Shown piece by piece: positions 49,639 through 61,044 of a DNA stretch of 64,000 nt. The notes under the pieces are model-generated. The model saw only the letters and a program-made list of their open reading frames with translations. It made no database searches and had not been told where the DNA came from. The stretch spans positions 1,178,001-1,242,000 of the forward strand of contig OZ237746.1 in NCBI GenBank assembly GCA_965178125.1, read 5' to 3'. Each line of letters begins with the position of its first letter. The stretch's first letter is position 1. Origin of the DNA: Bilabrum cf. latius (Eukaryota). Made by a program: the position numbers and the translations under genes.

Positions 49639-50759
49639 CGAGACTGCAATCCAGATCGAACGACGTGCAGTGATGCTAGAGGCTGAAAGGTCGGTGCGCT
49701 GTGGCCTGTGGCCTCAGTCGTGTGACTCGTCGCTTGTTGGCCTGGCTTGTTGGCCTGAGGAGGCCAGCTTGCAGCAGTGCTCTGGCTCGGAAGAAGTCTG
49801 TCGGTCAATGACTTGGCGTGATGAGACCAGCGGCTTGCTAAGTACTATTCCGCTGCCGATTGAAAAGGGTTGGGAATGCAGGTAAAGACTGCGGGTGGGG
49901 GCCAGTGGGGGAGAGGGGGGGAGGTGGAGGAGGGCAGGGCTATGGAGAGCAAGTGCCGCATTCCATCCAGCAGCAACTCGCGTCTCGTTGGTCATCATAG
50001 GATAGATAGCCGACAAAAATGAAGTTTAATGCAAAGTTAACCCAGCGCGAGCCCCTGGAACGCTCGAGAGATGCGAAAGAAGCTCAACTGGGACTTCCAC
50101 GACACCGTGTCCCTGCCGTGAGCGCGGTAAATCAACCTGTTTCGCTCCTGAACGCTACTCATGCGATCCATCAACCTAACATGCAACATAGAGGGCGGCC
50201 TGTCGCTCAAAACGCTGATTAAACCGGGGCAAGTGATGGCCTCAGGATCAGCAACCGCTGCTGTTGCCTCAGATAGCAATTCCATGCCTATCTGAGCCCA
50301 GAAATGCCCGATGCACGCATCATACAACAACACAGCCCATATCATCAAAACTTGATTGCGGGAATTCGCAAATTTCCATTACAGGTGGAGAGACAAGGTA
50401 AGTGGTAGCTGCCTCGATCGGGTTAGCCAGACACCGAGCCGCATGACAAGGTCCAGGACATGCCCGCAGCGTGAAATGGAGATTTAAAACAACCAATCAA
50501 CCCCAGAGGTTCGCTCTCAAAGCTCAAATCGGATCAAAATCACGCGGAACTGCAGCCAGCAGACACTCACTCGAGTACCGAATCCAAGGCAGCAGACGCC
50601 ACACCAGCGCCAGTGCTACCAGCGTTGCAATAGGATAGGATGCGTGCAAAGCAACTGAGTTAAATACCCGCAGCTTCTAGCGGGACCTGCTTGGGACTAC
50701 GAGCCAAAGGAAGTGGGCGAGCGGTCGAGACTGGTCGCACCACTGGCAGTGGTCGCAAG

Positions 50760-51680
50760 AGCGCTAACGGTCCGACCGTGATGACCGGGCCCCCGCCTGC
50801 TTCTCATCCCTCCACACCAAGCCTCGAAGGCCAACCATGCCCGAAACGCCGACCGCTTCTTTCGCCTCGGCAGATTCTGGGCGCATAGGTGACTGAGGGC
50901 CCTCGCGCTACTCCTCCAAATCCGCCCACTCGAGTCCACCTTCATGCAGCAGCCGCCGCCCCCCCTCCCGTGACCCTGCAAGCTCATGGCATGCTGCGGC
51001 CGCTTTATCGCCTTCACGACCTCTGAGGCCGTCGCAGGCCCGCTCGCCGACCGCCCTTGCACCATCCACATCGCCCCTTGAGGCCCTCTGCGATACAAAA
51101 CGGATCCACGCCTCTCCATTGTCCCCGTTGGACGTGGCCTCCTTTCTTTTCAAGGTCGGAGTCGCGGGTAGGCTGGCTGGCGTGGGGGGGCGGGGGCTTG
51201 GTGCCCGTGGCGGGGGCATCGTCTTCGCCCTGCTCGTCGCTATCACCGCCCTGGATGGCGGCAGTGTAGGAAGAGGATGAGATAGCTGCTGTAGCCATGA
51301 TCCCATTGCTCGCCGCCTCGCCTTCCCCGTCATCCTCATCAATGCTGTCCTCATCGTCGCCCTCGTCCTCCTCCCCGTCTTCTGGTTCCGAGTCCGACTA
51401 CTCGATGCTCACCACACGACCCGAGAAGCCGCCCCCGGACTCCACGAGCGTGGTCGCCCCACCTTGCGATGGAATGCCCGCAGCAGAGAATGGGACTATG
51501 CTAGAGCTATGGCTACGACTCGCGGCGCTGGCTTGGGGCCCTGCCTCTCCGGCCCCCGCCCATGCCCACGCCCTTGCCCCAACACTAATTCCTGCCCATA
51601 GTTGCACCCCATCCTGGCCAGCGCCGCGCGGTGGCAATGACGGGATGAGCCATCCCAAGCAGCTGCCAGACCGTGACAAG
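50760..51680 (-). pseudogene. Possible frameshifted remnant of an RRP5/PDCD11-like HAT-repeat C-terminus
   Basis: An acidic tract, then EAWIRFVSQRASRGDVDGARAVGERACDGLRGRE, then QNLPRRKKRSAFRAWLAFEAWCG. The last two resemble the first and last HAT repeats of RRP5, but the three pieces are in different frames with no obvious intron. Confidence 0.35.
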
Positions 51681-52285
51681 CACCTGGCACGCTTTCGATC
51701 AGATACCCCTACTCCATCTGCTATGTGCGTGACATTGCCGGGGGCTTAGCAACCGGCTCTAGTTGGATATTACCATATAAGGCACGCTGGATTTTATCCT
51801 GAGCCTGTACTGCAGAGTGTTCAGCCTCTCGGTCTACAGTATGGATTGGATGACTGCCTGCACGTCGAGCAGTAAAGCGGGGTGGTTCACCCGCCTACGA
51901 GACAGGATGGCGCGCAGCGCCATTACAACAATGGCGAAGGCATGATGCAGCTGTAAGAGCTTCAGCTTCTGTTCCTCAAGCCTATGCTGCCTCCCAGAGC
52001 TAACATAGTGAGCGTGACTGCCTATTTTTCAGTGGATCACCTAATTATACCGCTACCAATACTCCAACGCGAGCAATCGCGCAGAACTACATGAGCAGAT
52101 GATAATGCTATGCAATATACCGTGAGCGTAGCTTGATGGGTCGAAAACCTTGCACGAAAAAGTATAAACGGCTCCGAATGCGAGCGACAATACCGCGTGA
52201 CAAATTACTACCGAACCGAGCACTAGTGCATTAAGGCCCCTGATTCACGGAGGGCATCCCTGTCAGGCTGTCACAAGTTCATCCC

Positions 52286-55200
52286 ATGTCAGGTGAGTGA
52301 CTATAAGGCATGTTGTGCTACATTCGTGGCAGTCTATTTGCTTTTGCATGCGGTTCGCTGCTCGATTTCGGACTCGCGCGGTTGGTTGAGACCATGCACA
52401 AGGCCAAGTTGAAAACATAACTTTGACTATGAAACGACATAAAATATTGGACCATTTTGCACTTCGTTGCGCAGAAGATTCTGGTGAATCCAGGGTAAGG
52501 CGCACCCAGCTTGTCCGTTCGATCGATTTGCTGATTGCACGTTTTCTATTTCTGCATGTTGCACATGTTTATGACCATCGCTTCGCAGGCTACAAGGCAC
52601 AAACGACTTTGCGATGAGAATGGATTTACTTTGACCACGCAAGATCTCTGCAAAGTGGTTCAAGACAAGAACGTGAGCCAACAAACGCGGATACTGCTGA
52701 AACTGATCCTGCTTCGGGCATCCCAGTCCGACTTCTGTTCCATTCACTTAGAAACCTGAAATTTGTTCACAGTTAAAAGTGTATCGCGATGAATTTGGTG
52801 GACTCGATGGTGTCTTGTCGGCTTTGAAAACGAACAAGGAGAGCGGGCTCACGGATGCTCAAGTCGAGGTCAACCGCAAAGTCTACGGGAAGAATGTGCT
52901 TCCGAAGCAGCAGGTCAAGACGTTCCTTGATCATCTCTTGGAAGCTCTTGCAGACTTGACACTAATCATCCTGGTGATTGCCGCGACCATCACCATCATC
53001 TTTGGTATCGCGGTGACTGGCCAACAGGCAGACTGGATTCAGGGCATCTCCATCATGCTGGCGGTCATCATCGTGTCCGGCGTGACCTCCGTGGTGAACT
53101 ACTGGCAGGACGGCGAGTTCCAGTCTCTGCGCGAGTCCAGCGAGGACCACGACGTGACGGTCCTCCGCAACGGAGAGCCCGTGCAGATCTCCATCTTCGA
53201 CCTCGTGGTTGGCGACATCTGCCGCATCCAGTACGGCGACAAAGCCCCCGGCGACGGGATCCTTGTCTCGGAGGAGGGCGTACACACAGATGAGTCCGCG
53301 CTGAACGGGGAGTCGGAGCAGATGCGCATCACGCAGGCCAAGCCGGTCATCCTGGGGGGCGCCAACGTGGACAAGGGCGAGGCGTACTATTGCGTGTGCA
53401 CCGTAGGAGTGGACACGACCTTCGGATCCATCGTTGCATCGCTCAACAGCGGGAAGGAGGAGCAGAAGAAGCGCCGCGAGGAGCTTGAGGCCGCCGCCCA
53501 GCAGCGCAAGTCGGGCCAGGTGCAGGTGGAGAAGGCATCGGACGAGTCGCAGAGCATCCCCGACAGCGAAGTGGCCTCCACGGCGCACATGACGGGCAAT
53601 GCTGCCGGCATCAAGGAGGGAAAGGACGACGACGAGGAGGGTGAAACCAACCCCGTGCTCAGCTTTGTGTACAACTACGTCTGCTGCTGCTTTTGCGGCG
53701 ATGACGATGACGACGATGACTTCGACGGCACCCCGCTCCAGCTCAAGCTCAACGTGCTGGCGGAGCAGATCGGGTACGTGGGGCTGGCCTTTGGCGCGGC
53801 GACATTTGTGGTGCTCTTCATCCGCCTCTTTGCAGAGGGCAAGGCCGACTCGGAGTGGTATGTGGAGGTCGTGGGCTACCTGGTCATCGGCATCACCATC
53901 GTGGTGGTTGCTGTGCCCGAGGGCCTGCCCCTGGCCGTGACCATCTCGCTGGCCTGGTCCATGCAGGCCATGACCCGGGACAAGAGCCTGGTGCGCGAGC
54001 TGGCGGCATGCGAGACGATGGGCAGCGCCACCGCCATCTGCTCCGACAAGACCGGCACTCTCACAGTAAACCGCATGACCGTGGTGGCGGGCTACTTCTT
54101 CGGCCGCCTCTTCGAGCAGAACAAGACCGGTATCCCTCGCGTGGACCAGCTGGGATCCGCGGAGGCGAGCAACCTGGACGCGCTGGCCCGCGGCATCGGG
54201 CTCAACTGCTCCGACGCAAGCGCCGTGACCGTAGACGAGAACGGGCAGGCCCAGTTCCAGGGCAACCGGACCGAGTGCGCGCTGCTCAACCTGCTGCAGT
54301 CCGATTACAAGGTGGACTTGGCCGCCCTCCGCGAGCGCACCAAGCACGACCAGTTCTACAGGCAGAGCTTCGACTCGGAGCTCAAGCGCATGTCTACTCT
54401 GTACGCCGTCCGCGCGGGACATGAATCCGGAAAGGTGCTGCAGTCCGTGGGCAGTGGCGCGGCTGCCCCCGCGGGGCAGGGCGAGATCGTCGGCTACCGG
54501 CTCGTGTGCAAGGGCGCGTCTGAGATCCTGCTGGAGCTGTGCACCAAGTACCGCACCATGTCGGGCGAGGAGGCCCCCATCACTGACGAGATCAGGGCCC
54601 AGATCGCGGGGCACATCAAGACGCTGGCCAAGTCCGGCCTCCGGACCCTCGTCGTGGCGGAGCGCTCGCTGTCCCTGGAGCAGGGCCTGTGCCCCGCCGG
54701 TGCCAGCCCCGCCGAGCGCGACGAAGCGTACGACGGGCGCATGAAGGACCTGGAGAAGGAGATGACGCTGCTCATGGTGGCCGGCATCGAGGACCCCATC
54801 CGACCGGAGGTGCCCGCCGCCATGGCGGCCTGCAAGCTGGCCGGCATCCGCGTGCGCATGGTCACCGGCGACAACATCGAGACGGCCCGCAAGATCGCCC
54901 GCGAGTGCAAGATCCTCACGGACGAGTTCAACGTGGCGGTCACGGGCGAGCAGTACCGCAGCATGACCACCGAGGAGCGCAAGGAGGCACTGCCCAACCT
55001 GGCCGTCATGGCACGCTCGCTCCCTGGAGACAAGCTGCTCATGGTACAGGACCTGCGCCAGATGAACGAGGTGGTGGCCGTGACCGGCGACGGCACCAAC
55101 GACGCCCCCGCGCTCAAGGAGGCCCACGTGGGCCTGTCCATGGGCATCACCGGCACCGAGGTGGCCAAGGAGGCCTCCAAGATTATCATCCTGGACGACA

Positions 55201-56120
55201 ACTTCGCCTCCATCGTGGCCACGGTCAAGTGGGGCCGGTCCGTGTTCAAGAACATCTCGTCCTTCCTGGCCTTCCAGCTGGCCATCAACGTGTCGGCGCT
55301 GACCATCACCTTTGTGATTGCCTGCACCAACGACGGCAGCACGCAGAGCTTCCCCATCACCCCCACGCAGCTGATCTACGTGAACCTGATCATGGACTCG
55401 CTGGGCGCGCTGATGCTGGCCACGTCCCCGCCGGAGGAGCGCATGATGCTGCAGGAGCCCAACAGCCACGAGAAGCCCCTGCTGACCAAGATCCTGATGA
55501 AGATGGTGCTGGCGCACGGCGTCTGGGAGACGATCGTGGTGCTTGTGCTGGCCCTGACCGAGTTCGGCAAGGACGTGCTGCTGGTGCCTGACTCCTTCGA
55601 GGTGGGGTCCCGGGAGCACAACACGGCCGTGTTCAACGCATTCATCTTCATGGTGATCTGGAACAAGCTGCACGCCGCCAAGATCCACGACGAGCTTGAC
55701 AACATCTTCGCGGAGCTCCTCACCAACACGCTGGCGCTGATCATCCTTGTGGGCATCCTTGTCCTGCAGATCATCATCATCGAGGTCGGCGGCGAGGTGT
55801 TCCAGACCGTGCCGCAAGCGTGGGACCAGTGGTTCGTGGCCGTGGCGATCGGCTTCACTTCGGTGCCCCTTGGATACCTGGTCAAGTTCATCCCGTACTA
55901 CGACGAGTACGACGTGCTGGCCAAGACCTACGGGTTCTGGGGCGAACCTGGCGCCCTCGAGGACGGGGAAAAGAAGCTTGCGGAAGCTAGGATCACGCGG
56001 ACTTCCACGCAGCTGCTGCGCGATGCGCCCTCTGCTCCATCGTCAGGCGCTGCTGGCGCTCACGTCGAGCTTGTGGATCAGCAAAGGAGCGATGGCGTCG
56101 GAGCCGCAGCATCGGCCTGA
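52286..56120 (+). CDS. P-type IIB (PMCA-like) Ca2+-ATPase, copy 1, ~1152 aa; join(52286..52292,52475..52494,52589..52672,52773..56120)
   Basis: Motifs VAVPEGLPLAVT, CSDKTGT, KGASE, MVTGDN, VAVTGDGTNDAPAL and QLIYVNLIMDSL. The 5' micro-exons are inferred from GT...AG sites and share intron phases (1,0,0) with copy 2. Ends TGA. Confidence 0.93.
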
Positions 56121-56540
56121 TGGGGAAAGAGGGCGTGCACATTATTCTTGCCGGACGCTGCTGCAGGGCAGCAGCGCGTTCAACTGTTGTGAGTTGGCAG
56201 TGCAAGTGGGGTCGCTACACGCGCAAGAATCTGCCGCGACGACCCAGGGGAAGAGTGATAGAAGGTGGCTATCATCATTGATTGCAAGCAATTCGGATTT
56301 TTGCACTGCCATTCGCACGGTCGTTCATCGTCTTCAACTTATCTGGATTGCGCTGGTGCGCGTAGATCTTCAAACACATCAAAATGCCGCACACGTGCCT
56401 TGGTGCAGCAGCAATGCACCCAGCCCGACAATAAGAACGATCCGACGATTTCGTTCACTATGGTGGCAGCTAGATGCTGCCCACGAAGCCCGCCCTGTCC
56501 ACCAAGCCCACTAATTCCGTCTCCCGGTGACGAGCGCGTC

Positions 56541-59500
56541 TCACGCAGTGCCACCGGTCGCACCCGATCCGACGCCATCGGTCTGCTTGGGCGTCTCTGG
56601 CAGCTCGATGTGCCCGTTGGACTGGCCAGCCGCAGCGGCGGACCCGCCGGACTCGTCCGCGAACTGCGCGATATCGCCGGCCTGCCCGCGCTGCACTCGG
56701 TTCTTCTCGAGCTCGGCGTCGGCCTTCTCGGCGGCACCCGGGGGCGCCCAGAACCCGTAGGTCTTGGCCAGCACGTCGTACTCGTCGTAGTACGGGATGA
56801 ACTTGACCAGGTATCCAAGGGGCACCGACGTGAAGCCGATCGCCACGGCCACGAGCCACTGGTCCCACTTTTGCGGCACGGTCTGGAACACGTCCTCTCC
56901 GCCGACCTCGATGATGATGATCTGCAGGACCAGGATGCCCACAAGGATGATCAGCGCCAGCATGTTGTTGAGGAGCTCCGTGAAGATGTTGTCAAGCTCG
57001 TCGTGGATCTTGGCGGCGTGCAGCTTGTTCCAGATCACCATGAAGATGAACGCGTTGAACACGGCCGTGTTGTGCTCCCGGGAACCCACTGCGGCGGAGT
57101 CGGGCACCAGCAGCACGTCCTTGCCGAACTCGGTCAGGGCCAGCACAAGCACCACGATCGTCTCCCAGACGCCGTGCGCCAGCACCATCTTCATCAGGAT
57201 CTTGGTCAGCAGGGGCTTCTCGTGACTGTTGGGCTCCTGCAGCATCATGCGCTCCTCCGGCGGGGACGTGGCCAGCATCAGCGCGCCCAGCGAGTCCATG
57301 ATCAGGTTCACGTAGATCAGCTGCGTGGGGGTGATGGGGAAGCTCTGCGTGCTGCCGTCGTTGGTGCATGCAATCACAAAGGTGATGGTCAGCGCCGACA
57401 CGTTGATGGCCAGCTGGAAGGCCAGGAAGGACGAGATGTTCTTGAACACGGACCGGCCCCACTTGACCGTGGCCACGATGGAGGCGAAGTTGTCGTCCAG
57501 GATGATGATCTTGGAGGCCTCCTTGGCCACCTCGGTGCCGGTGATGCCCATGGACAGGCCCACGTGGGCCTCCTTGAGCGCGGGGGCATCGTTGGTGCCG
57601 TCGCCGGTCACGGCCACCACCTCGTTCATCCGGTTCTTGAGGTCACGCACCATGAGCAGCTTGTCGGTGGGCAGCGAGCGGGCCATGACTGCGAGCTTGG
57701 GCAGGGCCTCGACCCTCTCCTCGTCCGACATGGTCCGGTACTGCGTGCCAGTGACCGCCACGTTGAACTCGTCCGTCATGATGCCGCAGCTGCGGGCGAT
57801 CTGCATGGCCGTCTCGATGTTGTCGCCGGTGACCATGCGCACGCGGATGCCAGCCTGCTTGCACACGCGCACGGCGGCGGGCACCTCGGCGCGCAGGGGG
57901 TCCTGAATGCCTGCGATGCACAGCAGGGTCAGGTTCTTCTCCAGGTCCGCGATGCCCTGGTGGTAGGCATCGTCTCTCGCCTCCTGGCTCACGTCGCTCT
58001 TGCAGGGGGCCTCCGCGGGGCTCACGCGGCGCTCGGCCACCACAAGGGTCCGGAGCCCGCGGCGGGCCAGCTTGAGGATGTGTTCCTTGAGCGTGGATCG
58101 CATCTCGTCAGTGATGGGGGCCTCCTCGCCGTTCTGCTGGCGGTACTTGGTGCACAGCTCCAGCAGAATCTCAGACGCGCCCTTGCACACGAGCCGGTAG
58201 CCGGCCACCTCGTCCTCGGGGTAGGGGATGTGGCCGGTCGAAGGCAGCCGATGCGCCACCTTGGGGTGCGGGATGGTGCTCTTGGTGTGCCCGATGTCCG
58301 ACGGGGTGTCATCCCCGTCTTCGCCGCCCGCGGCTCCCGCTGCGCCGCCGCCCGCAGCCTCCTGCTCCCCAGCTGCTGCCTCGTCACCGTCCTCTGCTCC
58401 GTCCGCGTCCGCGCCCTCTGTGTCCTTGGCAAGTTCCTCGAGGAAGGTGGGCCCGTCCTCGTCGGTCTTGGTGACCACGTACACGGTGGTCATGCGCTTG
58501 CGGTCCGAGCTGAAGTTCTCCCTGTAGAAGAGGCGCTGCTCCGCGGACTTGCGCTCGCCCACGAAGTTCACGTCCAGGTCCTTCTTGAGGAGATGCAGCA
58601 GCGCGCACTCGGTCCGGTTGCCGATGAACTGCGGGGCCTTGCCGTCGGGGTAGTTGACGGTGCCCGTGGCGTTCCATGCGATGCCTCTCACGAGCGCGGC
58701 CAGGTTGCCCGTGTGCCCGTCGCCGATCTCGGCCTCCTTGGGGGCCCCGTTCAGGTGCAGGCGACCGAAGAAGTAGCCCGCCACGACGGTCATCTGGTTG
58801 AGAGTCAGGGTGCCGGTCTTGTCGGAGCAGATGGCCGTGGCGCTGCCCATCGTCTCGCATGCCGCCAGCTCGCGCACCAGGCTCATGTCCCGGGTCATGG
58901 CCTGCATGGACCAGGCCAGCGAGATAGTCACGGCCAGGGGCAGGCCCTCGGGCACAGCAACCACCACGATGGTGATGCCGATGACCAGGTAGCCCACGAC
59001 CTCCACATACCACTCCGAGTCGTCCTTGCCCTCTGCAAAGAGGCGGATGAAGAGCACGATGAAGGTGGCAGTTCCGAACGCGATGCCCACATACCCGATC
59101 TGGGTGGCCAGCACGTCGAGCTTCTCCTGCAGCGGGGTGTCCTCCTGCTCTGCGCCCTGCAGGGAGGCCACGATCTGGCCGTACGTGGACTCGACGCCCA
59201 CGGCGCACACGAGCATCCACCCTGACCCGTCGTTGATCTGCGCCCCGCCGATCAGGTAGGGGCTCTTGTCCGTGATCTTCGCGGGGCGGGACTCTCCGTT
59301 GATCTGCGCCTCGGTGACGCTGATGCCGTGCCCCCGGATGAGGATACCGTCGCACGGGATGACGTCACCGCCGGACACCTTGAGCACGTCGCCCACCACC
59401 ACGTCGAAGATGGACAGCTGCTGCTCCTTGTCGTCGCGCATGACCGTCACCTCCCTGTTCTCCTTGGAGGCGCTCAGAGACTGGAACTCGCCGTCCTGCC

Positions 59501-60821
59501 AGTAGTTTACCACCGAGGTCACGCCGGACACGATGATGACCGCCAGCATGATGGAGATGCCCTGGATCCAGTCGCTCGAGTTGTTCGTCACCGCGAGCCC
59601 GAAGATGATGGTGATGGTGGCCGCCACGGCCAGGATCATCAGGGTCAGGTCGTTGAGCGCCTCGATCAGGTGCTGCAGGAAGGACTTGATCTCCTGTTCG
59701 GGCATGCGGTTCTCGCCGTACACCAGGCGCTGGCGGATCACGTCCGCCTCGCTCAGGCCGCGCTGCAGGTCGGCCTTGAGCTTCGACGCCACTCCGTCAA
59801 GGTATCCTAGCTATGCGTACGTCTCTGCCTGCGATTAAAAAGAAAAACGCGAGAGTAGCGTGTGCGGGCCATCGATCCGGTGTGCAGGTGCGGGGATGCC
59901 GCTTCGGCTATTCCGTGCTCGCTTTGCCCAACTATGACAACCGTTGCGAGATACAGTCTATGCCCACATCCTTATTGGCACGTCAGCCACTGGCGTGAAA
60001 CAGTGGGGCGCGAATGCATCGGGAAGGGTTGGCCCGAGTGTGGTAGACAAGTACTACGCGCTTGGACGCCCTTGTGCGCAATCAACCGTCATCAGTGGAA
60101 CGTAGTGCCCCCCAAAAGGCTTAAGTACGACATGGAACAACATTCAGTATCCCTCGCCGCAGATTGACCAAGTAGGGGGTATCCGGGAACCTGCTGGCCT
60201 ACCCACAACAGCAAACAACGAGGTCACTCTATCAATGCGGCCAAAACAGGAGCGCCTGAACTGCCCAGGCCGGCCGAGACGTATAAAATTATATCCATAC
60301 GGCATATGCCTCGGTCATTATTCCGTTTGCTTCTCTCACCGACTTGTCTGCTACCATTTGCTGGAGCTCCCTCCTGTCGACTTTGAAGCCATATTGCTGC
60401 CGCTGCCTGCGGTGCTGCTCGTCATCCTCGAGCTGCGCAACATGTTGATATCAGTACGAACAGTGTAAAAATTGCGAAGAATGTCACGTAAATTCGCACT
60501 TGGCTCAATCCGCGGTGCAACGGATCTCGCAGCATGGGGTGCTAAACCGAGCCGGGGCCTGCATGCTGCACCTCACCTATTCCTTGGTTCTTGTGTGGTC
60601 CACCACCTTTTTCTCTACGTTCACCTCTACGCCAGAAGGAGTTGAAGGGGTGAGCTCTGCGAAAGAGCTGTGCATCGCACTATTTGTCTTCGCGGTGGTC
60701 CGGCGCGCGTTTCGGCGCAGCCTTCACAAGCACTGTGGCCAGTGAACGACAATCAACACCCGTCCTATCAGTAGCAATACCACAATACTTAGCACTCACC
60801 AGATTGACCGTCGTCTGCCAT
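56541..60821 (-). CDS. P-type IIB (PMCA-like) Ca2+-ATPase, copy 2, ~1160 aa; join(60821..60800,60656..60577,60432..60340,59828..56541)
   Basis: Same motifs as copy 1. N-terminus YGFKVDRRELQQMVADKS|AETYA*LGYLDGV is homologous to copy 1 NGFTLTTQDLCKVVQDKN|LKVYRDEFGGLDGV. TAGs at 60577 and 59811. Ends TGA. Confidence 0.93.
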
Positions 60822-61044
60822 GATAAATGGGTCGAGGGATCCCTCAAAACCCAAATCAAAATGCTGCGGCTCCCGCGTCGCGTCGCTCCACCTGATTTGG
60901 TCGCAAATAAATTATAAGGTTATGAATACGTATTAACACAGCTGGTGGGATCCTGTAGCTCCCTATCGCATCATAGTAGCCAATTATAGCCGAAATTCCT
61001 TTCTCAACTGCACCATTGTGCATTTTCGGGCCCCTCGGTCGGAT

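Noticed and set aside
49700-52280. Suppressor tRNA-Gln(CUA), other ncRNA or transposon in the largest gene-poor interval
   Set aside because: No cloverleaf, T-loop signature, terminal repeats or transposase motifs recognised by eye. A tRNAscan-SE or Infernal run is needed.
52962-59225. Long antisense ORFs (951 aa, 986 aa) opposite the ATPases, and similar shadows such as 7670..9310, 13903..15342 and 22829..24640
   Set aside because: By-products of strong GC3 bias or repeat periodicity on the coding strand, with no recognisable motifs.
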